Positions 17,053 through 25,057 of a stretch of DNA of 32,000 nt are shown piece by piece. The stretch is from Candidatus Iainarchaeum sp. (GTDB lineage: Archaea > Iainarchaeota > Iainarchaeia > Iainarchaeales > 0-14-0-20-34-12). Location: the NCBI GenBank assembly GCA_030649345.1, contig JAUSKK010000006.1, forward strand, positions 1-32,000. The letters are read 5' to 3'. Within the stretch, counting starts at the first letter, position 1; each line of letters starts with the position of its first letter. Under the pieces are notes generated by a model, which did no database searches, was not told the DNA's origin, and saw nothing but the letters and a program-made list of their open reading frames with translations. Made by a program: the position numbers and the translations under genes.

Positions 17053-18483
17053 ATGCAGCGTGCTCGTTTTAATCCTAGAAAACACAAGCCAGTCAGAACA
17101 CAGCACCCTGTATTAGGTGAATTAGAGTTAGACAAACGTTTAGCTCAACAAAAAGGTGTGCGTTATAAATCTTGGGCAAAAGTAGCTAAAGGATGGTATG
17201 GAAATACTGGAATCAGCAGACCCCATATTGAGTTTGTAAGAAAACCCAGAGAAACGTATCTTTTGTTAAAAAAACTTGCTGAGCATCCCACGCCTGAAAA
17301 TATTCGAAAAATAAATAGAATCTATCAAGATCGAATTCAAAGTTGTACTCAAACACTTTCCAGAGTTTTTGGAATTCGGAATCCACAAGTCGTATTTGAA
17401 TCCAATGGAACCATGGCATTGGCTTTTTTGCGAGGACTTACAGGAGCTGAAGGAAAAACAGTCCTGCATACAACCGATATGGGAAGAATTGTTGAACGAG
17501 CACTCCAAGGAGAAGATACCTCGCGTACAAAAGAAGACTTCAAACAACCCATTGGACTGTTTTCACATGCCGGAGCTTTAAAAGAAGAAAAAATATCTAC
17601 AGTACATACTATGGATTTATACACAAAAAAGGATACTCCAAAAACAGATACTGAAATTTGCCGAGAACTCTTTAGTGAAATTCAAAGACAAAGACCAGCA
17701 TTAGTAATTGTGCCTCAAATAAGCAGAAGTGGAAGAAGATTGCCAGTAAAACGAATTGGAAAATTTGTAAAAGAGTTTAATCAAAAAACTGGTTCTAAAA
17801 TAATATTTGTTGTGGATGGAGCGCAAACCATTGGCCGAGTTTCTGCTGAAGAAATGCAAAATCCTTTAGAGTATTGCGACGCTTATATGTTGGTTGGTCA
17901 AAAAGCATTGGGTGCCATGATTTCTGCAGCAGTAGTACTGAAACCAGGATTGGTTGAAGCCAATGCCAATAATTTACTTCAATCCAGTATTGCTGCAAGA
18001 TTAAGTAGGTATCAGTTTGCGCAACCAGTACCTAAACTAGAGGCATTTCTAAAAAAAGAATCCAACCATTATGCAGTTTCATTGCCTGAAATTGAATCAT
18101 TGGATTTAGCACTTCAAGCATTAGAAACCAGAGGAAGAGGCACAACATTTTCTCAGCGCAGACTGCATCAAGTCAAACGAATGCAAGCATTGCAAAAAAC
18201 ACTTGTTTCCAAACTAAATCAAGTTCGCGGAATTAAAGTACTGCAAGCAGAACCTCAAACACCACGCACCCACAGCATTGTAACTTTTACATTAACAAAA
18301 TCAGCTGGAATGACTGCAGAAGAATTCCGAAATAGACTTCAAGAATTAGATTCACCTATTACATTAGCTCCATTATACCAAAGACCCGTACTTCGGATTG
18401 GACTAAGTGAACTCCGCGAACAAAACTTGGATTATTTAGTGCAATCTATCAAAAAAATATTGACAAAAGGCAAACACGCCTAA
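17053..18483 (+). CDS. Divergent PLP-dependent enzyme of the class V aminotransferase / cysteine desulfurase fold
   Basis: FVVDGAQTIGRV...CDAYMLVGQKALGA aligns by eye with the (D/A)AAQ...SGHK...G region of class V enzymes, with Gln replacing His before the putative PLP lysine. It has a ~100-aa basic N-terminal extension. Confidence 0.6.
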   Translation: MQRARFNPRKHKPVRTQHPVLGELELDKRLAQQKGVRYKSWAKVAKGWYGNTGISRPHIEFVRKPRETYLLLKKLAEHPTPENIRKINRIYQDRIQSCTQTLSRVFGIRNPQVVFESNGTMALAFLRGLTGAEGKTVLHTTDMGRIVERALQGEDTSRTKEDFKQPIGLFSHAGALKEEKISTVHTMDLYTKKDTPKTDTEICRELFSEIQRQRPALVIVPQISRSGRRLPVKRIGKFVKEFNQKTGSKIIFVVDGAQTIGRVSAEEMQNPLEYCDAYMLVGQKALGAMISAAVVLKPGLVEANANNLLQSSIAARLSRYQFAQPVPKLEAFLKKESNHYAVSLPEIESLDLALQALETRGRGTTFSQRRLHQVKRMQALQKTLVSKLNQVRGIKVLQAEPQTPRTHSIVTFTLTKSAGMTAEEFRNRLQELDSPITLAPLYQRPVLRIGLSELREQNLDYLVQSIKKILTKGKHA

Positions 18484-18522
18484 AGTCATTGTGTTTTAAA
18501 CTTGATTTACAAATAGTTTCCT

Positions 18523-19722
18523 ATGTTAGTCGGAGTTGTCGGAAAACCTTCCACTGGAAAAAGTACTTTTTTTAAAGCTTTAACCATGGCTGACGTGGAA
18601 ATTAATCCAAGGCCATTTACTACCATTAAACCAAACCGAGGCGTAGGTTATGTACGCATAGAATGTGTTGAAAATGAATTTAAAGTTAAATGCAATCCCA
18701 GACAAGGAACTTGCTTGAATGGCACCCGATTTGTCCCAATTGACATGCTGGATGTTGCAGGATTAATTGAAGGAGCTCATGAAGGCAAAGGATTGGGAAA
18801 TTCTTTCTTGGATGACTTAAGACAAGCCGATGCATTGGTTCACATTGTAGATTGTTCTGGAAGCACGAACGAAAAAGGAGAGCGCTGTGCACCCTTAACC
18901 CATGATCCAGCTATAGACATTAAAATGTTGGAAAATGAAATGAATCAATGGATGGCACAAATTATTGGAAAAAATTTTCAAAAATTCAGCAAACGAGTAG
19001 CCACTGAAAAAAAACAAATGTACAAAGAATTAGCACTTCAATTAAGTGGTTTGAAAATTTCCGAAGAACAAGTCAAAGCAGCTTTGGATAAACTTAAATT
19101 AATGGACTTATCTGCTTTGAGTTGGACAGAAAAAGAATTTTTAGAATTAGCCATAGAATTACGAAAAGCCAGCAAACCCATGCTAATTGCAGCCAACAAA
19201 ATCGATATTCCTGGAGCCGACAAAAATTTGGAGCGATTAAAGCAGGAATTTCCAGATTATTTATTTGTGCCTTGCAGTGCCGAAGCTGAGCTTGCATTAA
19301 AAGAAGCTGGAAAAAAAGGATTGATTGAATACATTCCGGGAAGCAATAATTTCAAAATTTTAAACGAATCTTTATTAAGTGAACAACAAAAACAAGGATT
19401 GCTTTTTTTGCAAAAAAACGTTTTAGACAAATATGGAAGCACTGGAGTCCAAGAAGTTTTAGATGCCGGAGTATTTAAGTTACTGGAAATGATTGCTGTA
19501 TTCCCTGGAGGCTTAAATAATTTAACGGATTCCAAAGGAAGAGTTTTGCCGGACTGTTATTTGATGCCCAAGAATTCTACAGCTTTAGATTTTGCGTTTA
19601 AGATTCACACAGATTTTGGGAACAATTTTATTCGAGCAGTCAATGTCAAAAAAAGAATGGTTATTGGTCGAGACTACACACTTCAAAACAGAGACGTTAT
19701 AGAAATTATAAGCGGAAAGTAA
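18523..19722 (+). CDS. ychF: YchF/OLA1-like Obg-family P-loop NTPase with C-terminal TGS domain
   Basis: G1 is GVVGKPSTGKST, G3 is DVAGLIEGAHEGKGLGNSFL and G4 is AANKIDIP. The C-terminal VIGRDYTLQNRDVIEIISGK is TGS-like. Confidence 0.9.
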   Translation: MLVGVVGKPSTGKSTFFKALTMADVEINPRPFTTIKPNRGVGYVRIECVENEFKVKCNPRQGTCLNGTRFVPIDMLDVAGLIEGAHEGKGLGNSFLDDLRQADALVHIVDCSGSTNEKGERCAPLTHDPAIDIKMLENEMNQWMAQIIGKNFQKFSKRVATEKKQMYKELALQLSGLKISEEQVKAALDKLKLMDLSALSWTEKEFLELAIELRKASKPMLIAANKIDIPGADKNLERLKQEFPDYLFVPCSAEAELALKEAGKKGLIEYIPGSNNFKILNESLLSEQQKQGLLFLQKNVLDKYGSTGVQEVLDAGVFKLLEMIAVFPGGLNNLTDSKGRVLPDCYLMPKNSTALDFAFKIHTDFGNNFIRAVNVKKRMVIGRDYTLQNRDVIEIISGK

Positions 19723-19817
19723 ATTAATCACTTGTTTTCAAGATATTAAAATGACAAAAACAAAACTTGCAAGAATCATTGAAAAAATAAAAGTTGAGAA
19801 GATATTGGCTGAAAATA

Positions 19818-19852
19818 TTCGAAATGTTTACAAAAATCGAAAACATTTCGAA
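19818..19852. terminator. 12-bp perfect inverted repeat (TTCGAAATGTTT / AAACATTTCGAA, 11-nt loop) between convergent genes
   Basis: It lies in the 189-nt gap between the ychF stop (19722) and the histidine-kinase stop (19912). Flanking A/T runs are present on both strands. Confidence 0.35.
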
Positions 19853-19911
19853 AAAATAAAGGAATTAAAAATTGAGTCTTGGTAATTGAAATTATTTCAG
19901 GAAAATAGATT

Positions 19912-20850
19912 TTATTCCGGCAAAACAATTGTAAACCTAGCTCCTTTTCCTGGGCCGGCAGAATATGCAATTAATTTTCCACCCATTAAATGGACTGCAT
20001 GCCGAACTAGGACTAATCCAGAACCTGAACCATCTTGCCCAGATTCAGCAAAACCACTTCTTCCTTTAAAAAAAGAAGGTAAATCTTTCACGTCAAATCC
20101 ACGGCCGTTATCTTCCACAGAAATATGCACTTGTCCAGCTTTGCGTTCTGAAGTAATACGAATCGGCCAAGGCCTAGACGCAACACTTTGAATAGACTTA
20201 CCGGAATTTATGGTTAAGTTAAACAAAGCAAAATACAATAAGTTAGGATCTGCTTTCACAAAAGGAACACGAAAATTTCGAACCACAAGTTTAGTGGATT
20301 CAGAAGATAAAAATTTTGGAAAACCGGAAAGATTTACTAGGCTATTGTTTGCACGAGCCGATTGATTGGGCGAATAAATTTTTCTGTATGCTCGTGTGTT
20401 ATGCAAGTCTCGTTGTAAAGCAAGTAAAGCTGAATCTCTTCTGCCCACAATATCATCCTTACGTCCTGCAGCTAAATCATTGTACACAAAACTAGGCTGG
20501 CCTAAAGAATTCATAATATTATGATTGCCTTGACGAAATGCAGCAACTGCAGCTCGAGTAAACTGAGTTCGAAATCGAGATCCTTTCATTTGACTAGTGA
20601 TAGCACGCAAACGAATTGCAAAAGCAGTTTGCATTTTCGCAAAACCCAATGCTTGTTCAGGTGTTGTAGTTTCCGTAATTTTTTTTACATTTTCAATCAA
20701 AACAGAAAGACCACGATCGATTTCAGCAAACGATCTAAAAATCACTCTTTGTTGACTTGCTAGTTTAGACAAAGGTTTTTGTGCATTCGTTCGAACTAAG
20801 CCGCGACGTTTTCGTTGTTCACGCAAGCGTTGTTTAATTCTTTGTTTCAT
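19912..20850 (-). CDS. Soluble histidine kinase-like protein (DHp candidate + HATPase_c), with no TM or sensor domain
   Basis: Candidate H-box FRQGNHNIMNSLGQ, N-box LFNLTINSGKS, G1 VEDNGRGF and G2 GSGSGLVLVRHAVHLMGG, ending GARFTIVLPE. The N-terminus is very basic and helical. Confidence 0.8.
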   Translation of the reverse strand: MKQRIKQRLREQRKRRGLVRTNAQKPLSKLASQQRVIFRSFAEIDRGLSVLIENVKKITETTTPEQALGFAKMQTAFAIRLRAITSQMKGSRFRTQFTRAAVAAFRQGNHNIMNSLGQPSFVYNDLAAGRKDDIVGRRDSALLALQRDLHNTRAYRKIYSPNQSARANNSLVNLSGFPKFLSSESTKLVVRNFRVPFVKADPNLLYFALFNLTINSGKSIQSVASRPWPIRITSERKAGQVHISVEDNGRGFDVKDLPSFFKGRSGFAESGQDGSGSGLVLVRHAVHLMGGKLIAYSAGPGKGARFTIVLPE

Positions 20851-20888
20851 ATAATGTTATGTTTGCAAGAAATTAATAAAATGCATGG

Positions 20889-21314
20889 CTATTTCCAAAG
20901 TGAAAACTTTTTAGTTAGTTCAGAAACTTTATTCCATTCGCCCAACAAACAAATTCCAAAATACTCCAAGTTTTCTTCTTTGGTTTTTTGAGTATTTTCA
21001 TGCTGTTGAACATACGTTCCATCAACCACAGTATTCGTAAAATCAGTAAATGAAATACCTAATTCAATAAGTTGTTTGCGCAGGTTTCGAATTTGATTAG
21101 AATTTGCTTTCAATACAATAAATGGAATATCTGAAATTGAAGAATGAATTCCTTGATCTGCATCTTGATAATCCTGCAAACGAAGTTCTTCTTTTACAGG
21201 AACACTTACACCTAAACCTAAAGCCATGTGCGCCAAGGCATTCAGGATTTTGCCTGTTTCCATTTTTTCGTTTAATACTGCCACTAATTTTTTTTCAAAC
21301 GGTTTAAAGTCCAT
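20889..21314 (-). CDS. DUF2000-like protein (PTH2-related fold family)
   Basis: KLVAVLNEKMETGKILNALAHMALGLG, IPFIVLKA and the C-terminal YFGICLLGEWNKVSELTKKFSLWK fit my memory of DUF2000. I prefer the ATG at 21314 over the listed TTG at 21320. Confidence 0.6.
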   Translation of the reverse strand: MDFKPFEKKLVAVLNEKMETGKILNALAHMALGLGVSVPVKEELRLQDYQDADQGIHSSISDIPFIVLKANSNQIRNLRKQLIELGISFTDFTNTVVDGTYVQQHENTQKTKEENLEYFGICLLGEWNKVSELTKKFSLWK

Positions 21315-21348
21315 AAACAAATAACCTAAAAAAATAAAAAAGAAAGAA

Positions 21349-21615
21349 TTATTTCATGCTTGGAAATAATTCGTCTCTGGTTTCTGCAGCCATTCTGCGT
21401 TCAGCATCTTCTACTAGTCTAACCATATTTTTGAGTTCTTTGTCTTTGCTTTTCAGTCTCTGCAAAGCATAAAAATAAGCATTAATAATGGAGTCAAAAT
21501 CTAGTTTTCGTTTCAATCCCATGCGAGCTACTTCTTCAAAATAAACTTTAACTAATTTTAAAGCCAAAGCTTCGTCTGCAATGCAGCCGCATTTTTTTCC
21601 TTCATCTTCACCCAT
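21349..21615 (-). CDS. Hypothetical 88-aa helical protein
   Basis: ORF with an ATG start, co-directional and closely spaced within the LemA..kinase run. No motif recognised. Confidence 0.55.
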   Translation of the reverse strand: MGEDEGKKCGCIADEALALKLVKVYFEEVARMGLKRKLDFDSIINAYFYALQRLKSKDKELKNMVRLVEDAERRMAAETRDELFPSMK

Positions 21616-21661
21616 AATCAGATCACCTTACAAAATACCCTTAGAAAACCAATAAAAATCT

Positions 21662-22588
21662 TTACCATCGGCCTCCGCCTCCGCCTCCACTAAAGCCTCC
21701 GCCGCCGCCAAAGCCGCCGAAACCTCCGCTGCCTGAAGAACCACCACTGCCGCCTCTCCAGCCTCCATAAAAGCCACCGTATTTGCCTTTTTTGAAACCT
21801 TTTCCTTTAGACGCAATATACGAAAATCCAAATACCGTATTTCCAAAAAATGAAATAAATCCAAAAGCAAACAAAAAGAATGCACCAAAAACAAGAAAAC
21901 TTAAAATTAAAAGACTTAAATTAATTCCAAACAAAGATACAGGATATGGAATTTTTTTGTCTTCTTTTAACTGAAACGGCAAACCGCCAAACAAGAATAA
22001 AAACAAAAATGGAAACAAAGGAAACAAAAAAGAAAGCAAAGCAAAACCAACTTCTGAACCCAAAGAAGATTCTGTTGAAGAATATTTGCTGACAATTTCT
22101 GGATCTTGTTGAATATATTTTTCCATATCTTGAATGGCTAAACTAATTCCTTGAAAATAATTTCCAGAACGAAAATTATTTGGAAAATCTTCTTCTCCAA
22201 TGGAATCCACTGCTAAGTCCGGCAAAGTTCCTTCAATACCTTTCGCTGTAGCAATAAACCAGGCGCGATCATCCACAGCAATTAAAATTAAAACTCCGTT
22301 AAACACATCTTGTTTGCCAATTTTCCATTGATTGCCTAAATCAAACGCATAATCTTCAATGGGTTTTCCTTCCGTTGAATCAATGAACACTACAGCTATT
22401 TCTACACTGGTATTTTCATCCAATAAACTCAATTGGTGTTCTAAAGATTCTTTTTCTTGCGGAGATAAAATATTCGCAAAATCATTCACATAACCCGAAG
22501 GATTGGGTACTTGATCAAACGGCAAAGCTAAGGTTGAAAAAATAAAAAAAGAACAAAAAAAGAAAAAGAAAAAATTTCGATAATTCAT
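21662..22588 (-). CDS. TPM-domain (YgcG-like) membrane protein with Gly-rich C-terminal tail
   Basis: After a signal/anchor, YVNDFANILSPQEKESLEHQL...VEIAVVFIDS...GVLILIAVDDRAWFIATAKGIEG is the TPM signature. TM helices follow, then the tail GGFGGFGGGGGFSGGGGGGRW. Confidence 0.9.
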   Translation of the reverse strand: MNYRNFFFFFFCSFFIFSTLALPFDQVPNPSGYVNDFANILSPQEKESLEHQLSLLDENTSVEIAVVFIDSTEGKPIEDYAFDLGNQWKIGKQDVFNGVLILIAVDDRAWFIATAKGIEGTLPDLAVDSIGEEDFPNNFRSGNYFQGISLAIQDMEKYIQQDPEIVSKYSSTESSLGSEVGFALLSFLFPLFPFLFLFLFGGLPFQLKEDKKIPYPVSLFGINLSLLILSFLVFGAFFLFAFGFISFFGNTVFGFSYIASKGKGFKKGKYGGFYGGWRGGSGGSSGSGGFGGFGGGGGFSGGGGGGRW

Positions 22589-22599
22589 GGATATCGAAA

Positions 22600-23175
22600 T
22601 TATTCAAAGTCTACTGCTGGAGCATTTTCTGCTCCTTCGGTTATGGCTTCAAAGAATTCTTTTTCTTTTAAACCCATAAACCCTGCAATCAAAGAACCTG
22701 GAATTTGTTTAATGGCAGTATTGTACGATTTAATAGTGTCATTGAATTCATTGCGTGCAAAAGCAACCCTATTTTCAGTTCCTTCCAATTGAACCAATAA
22801 ATCACGGTAAGCTTGGGTTGTTTGCAAGGTTGGATAATTTTCTGCAACCAGCAACAATTTTGAAATTGTGGATTCCAATTCATTGGCTGTTTGAACTCTT
22901 TGAGATTGTTCAGATTGAGTTTGCCATTGAGTTCTTAACTCACTTAATTTGGTTAAAGTTTCTTGTTCAAAATTTCCAGAACCTTGAATAGTGCTAACTA
23001 AATTTGGAATTAAATCAACTCTTCTCTGGTATTGAGTTTCCACTTTAGCCCAAGAATTGTTAACTCCTTGATCTAAAGAAACAAACGAGTTATAGGTTCC
23101 GAAAAACCATAAAACCAGCAAAACCACTAAAACAGCTATTCCTGCTAAAATCAATTGTCCTTTACTTAAAGCCAT
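22600..23175 (-). CDS. lemA: LemA family protein
   Basis: N-terminal TM, then YNSFVSLDQGVNNSWAKVETQYQRRVDLIPNLV and NRVAFARNEFNDTIKSYN. GGAGG lies 7 nt upstream of the ATG. LemA followed by a TPM gene is a known conserved pairing. Confidence 0.9.
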   Translation of the reverse strand: MALSKGQLILAGIAVLVVLLVLWFFGTYNSFVSLDQGVNNSWAKVETQYQRRVDLIPNLVSTIQGSGNFEQETLTKLSELRTQWQTQSEQSQRVQTANELESTISKLLLVAENYPTLQTTQAYRDLLVQLEGTENRVAFARNEFNDTIKSYNTAIKQIPGSLIAGFMGLKEKEFFEAITEGAENAPAVDFE

Positions 23176-23199
23176 TAAAATTCCTCCAGAATTTTAAAT

Positions 23200-23226
23200 T
23201 TTCAAATTTTGCCATAAAATTTGAAA
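23200..23226. repeat. 11-bp perfect inverted repeat TTTCAAATTTT-GCCAT-AAAATTTGAAA between orc1 stop and lemA start
   Basis: Read directly from the sequence. The same 138-nt spacer also holds the palindromes TATACAA-TT-TTGTATA (23250..23265) and AAGCATATGCTT (23293..23304). Confidence 0.8.
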
Positions 23227-23313
23227 CCATTCAAATATCACCTTTCAATTATACAATTTTGTATAGTATACTATTCAATAAATGAAATTAATAAGCATAT
23301 GCTTGAACAAAAA

Positions 23314-24429
23314 TTAAAGCAAAAGAGTTAATTGCTCGATAGGAATGGCTAATTTAACTTCCCGCGTTTTTCCTCGTTTTTCTAATTTTTTTTCTTCCAA
23401 AGAAATTAAATGCATTCCAGCCAGTCTGTTTAATCTGCTTCGAAATTGCCGTTCAGTCAAAGGTTTTTTGACCAACAGACAATATTGTTCAAACAAAATT
23501 CCAGAATGACAAGGCTGAAGTTTGGATAATAGTTCAAGAACTTGTTTATCAATGGGGTCCAAACTTTTTTCAGCCCTGGCAATTTGCCGTGCGCTAATAT
23601 CCGGCAAAATTTTTTGCAAATGAGTCAACAAAACTTTTTCTGAATTTTCTCGTTCAGCTTGTCTTCCAGCTTTCAAGATAGCTTCAATAGCAATACGGGC
23701 ATCTCCATTATTTTTAGCAGCAAATCCTGCAGCCACATTAATGACTTCAGCATCAACTGAGTTTTCCCGAAAAGCAAACTGAACACGTTCTTTTAGAATT
23801 GTTTTCAATTGAATGGGGGTATATGATTTGAATTCAATACTGGAATTAAAAAAAGAACTGCGAACACGATCATCCAATTGAGATAAAAGCAATGGATTGT
23901 TTGAAATCAAAATAATAACTGGAGCATGTGCTACCGGCAAGCGCAATAATTCATACAATAAAGTAGAGGCGTTTCCAGTATGCATTAATTGATCGGCTTC
24001 ATCTAAAACAAGTATTGGATAAAAATCTGATTTTCGTAAAGATTCTTGCACGGACTCAAAAATTTCTTCACTGGACATTCCTCGCTTGGGCACAGCACAC
24101 TTCATAAACGAAGCCAAGGCAGCTAAAACAAGATGCCGTGAATTGTATTCAAAGCAGTTCAAGTACAATGATTTTGCACGAGAAGAAAATTCCTGCAGTT
24201 CTTTTAATACAAATTTTGAAATTGCGGTTTTTCCTGTGCCTGGCAAACCAAATAAAAAAAAATTTTCTGCTTTACGCGCTTTAATCAAAGGTCTTAAACC
24301 TAAAGCCAAAGTTTGAATTTCATTTTCTCGGCACGGCAAACGGTCAGGTAAAAAATCGGCATACAAACTGGCCTCATTTTTGAATACACTTAAAGAGTCA
24401 GGAAATGAAGAGAAAACATTGGAAGGCAT
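23314..24429 (-). CDS. cdc6: Orc1/Cdc6 replication initiator
   Basis: LPCRENEIQTLALGL, Walker A FLFGLPGTGKTAISKFV, Walker B ILVLDEADQL, sensor region GDARIAIEAL and a C-terminal winged helix. I prefer the ATG at 24429 (MPSNVF...) over the listed GTG at 24489. Confidence 0.93.
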   Translation of the reverse strand: MPSNVFSSFPDSLSVFKNEASLYADFLPDRLPCRENEIQTLALGLRPLIKARKAENFFLFGLPGTGKTAISKFVLKELQEFSSRAKSLYLNCFEYNSRHLVLAALASFMKCAVPKRGMSSEEIFESVQESLRKSDFYPILVLDEADQLMHTGNASTLLYELLRLPVAHAPVIILISNNPLLLSQLDDRVRSSFFNSSIEFKSYTPIQLKTILKERVQFAFRENSVDAEVINVAAGFAAKNNGDARIAIEAILKAGRQAERENSEKVLLTHLQKILPDISARQIARAEKSLDPIDKQVLELLSKLQPCHSGILFEQYCLLVKKPLTERQFRSRLNRLAGMHLISLEEKKLEKRGKTREVKLAIPIEQLTLLL

Positions 24430-24672
24430 ACTTGAAGAAAGATCAAAGAATTTAAAAAATGCGTACAGAAGACTTCCGGTTTCAAACACAACGAAATGGC
24501 TAAAAAAGAATGATAAAAGGCATATTAAAGTTAAAGGAAATAGCTGGGGTTTCCGTTGATTTAAATACTCGCAAATTATTAGGAACTACAATGCGTTGAA
24601 TGAATAAAAAGCATGTTTGATTTCAGTTTGCTGAATTAAACAGTATTCAACACATTGTACGAGGTGGAATAA

Positions 24673-24867
24673 ATGAAAACAATCCGAAATTTAAAAAACC
24701 TATATTTGGCTGAATTAGAGGATAAAAAAAACCAATTACTGGAAAGGCTCAGTTTAGGAAAATCCAATAAAAGAGACAGAAATGCATTATACGAAGTCTT
24801 AGGAGTAATGGACTATAAAGCAAGAATTAGCCAAGAAAGAATTCTGCCAATCTCTGAATGCTTTTAA
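24673..24867 (+). CDS. Hypothetical 64-aa protein
   Basis: ORF with an ATG start and no recognised motif. It sits in the orc1-upstream region, so it could instead be non-coding origin-proximal DNA. Confidence 0.35.
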   Translation: MKTIRNLKNLYLAELEDKKNQLLERLSLGKSNKRDRNALYEVLGVMDYKARISQERILPISECF

Positions 24868-24928
24868 ATGAGTGATGCAAATATTTAGCAAAATAATATA
24901 CTTGCTTTATACACCGCATCACTCATTT
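24866..24928. repeat. 13-bp perfect inverted repeat AAATGAGTGATGC / GCATCACTCATTT flanking a 37-nt, ~22% G+C spacer; third direct copy at 25056..25068
   Basis: Read directly from the sequence. The third copy, ATATGAGTGATGC, matches 12 of 13 positions and contains the ATG of the 103-aa ORF. Confidence 0.85.
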
Positions 24929-25027
24929 TTAAACTAAGCTCTTCAATCTCTCAACAAGTAGCTCAAAAGAGTGTTTGGTAATTCCCGATTACCAGCACTC
25001 TGCCCTGGCAAGGGCTTAAACCCACAC

Positions 25028-25037
25028 TTTTTAAATA
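25028..25037 (+). promoter_or_regulatory. TATA-box-like TTTTTAAATA about 25 nt upstream of the ATG at 25058 (would give a leaderless mRNA)
   Basis: Position and composition fit an archaeal TATA box centred about -26 if transcription starts at or near the ATG. Confidence 0.35.
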
Positions 25038-25057
25038 ATTTGAATAAAATAATAAAT

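Noticed and set aside
21628-21894. 88-aa minus-strand ORF, and the GC-rich repetitive DNA (CCGCCTCCGCCTCC...) at 21662..21740.
   Set aside because: It is an alternative frame of the Gly-rich tail of the TPM protein. The repeat is coding low complexity (GGGGG), not a tandem-repeat element or CRISPR.
24546-24559. ORB-like string GGGGTTTCCGTTGA upstream of orc1, reminiscent of the TTCCA.TGGAAA plus G-string origin recognition box.
   Set aside because: It is a single copy with only a partial match, and the G-string is on the wrong side relative to the consensus I recall. That is not enough to call an ORB.
24971-25057. Listed GTG start extending the 103-aa membrane protein to 132 aa.
   Set aside because: The extension runs through the nested hairpins and the TATA-like box. 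The ATG at 25058 has a properly spaced TATA-like element.
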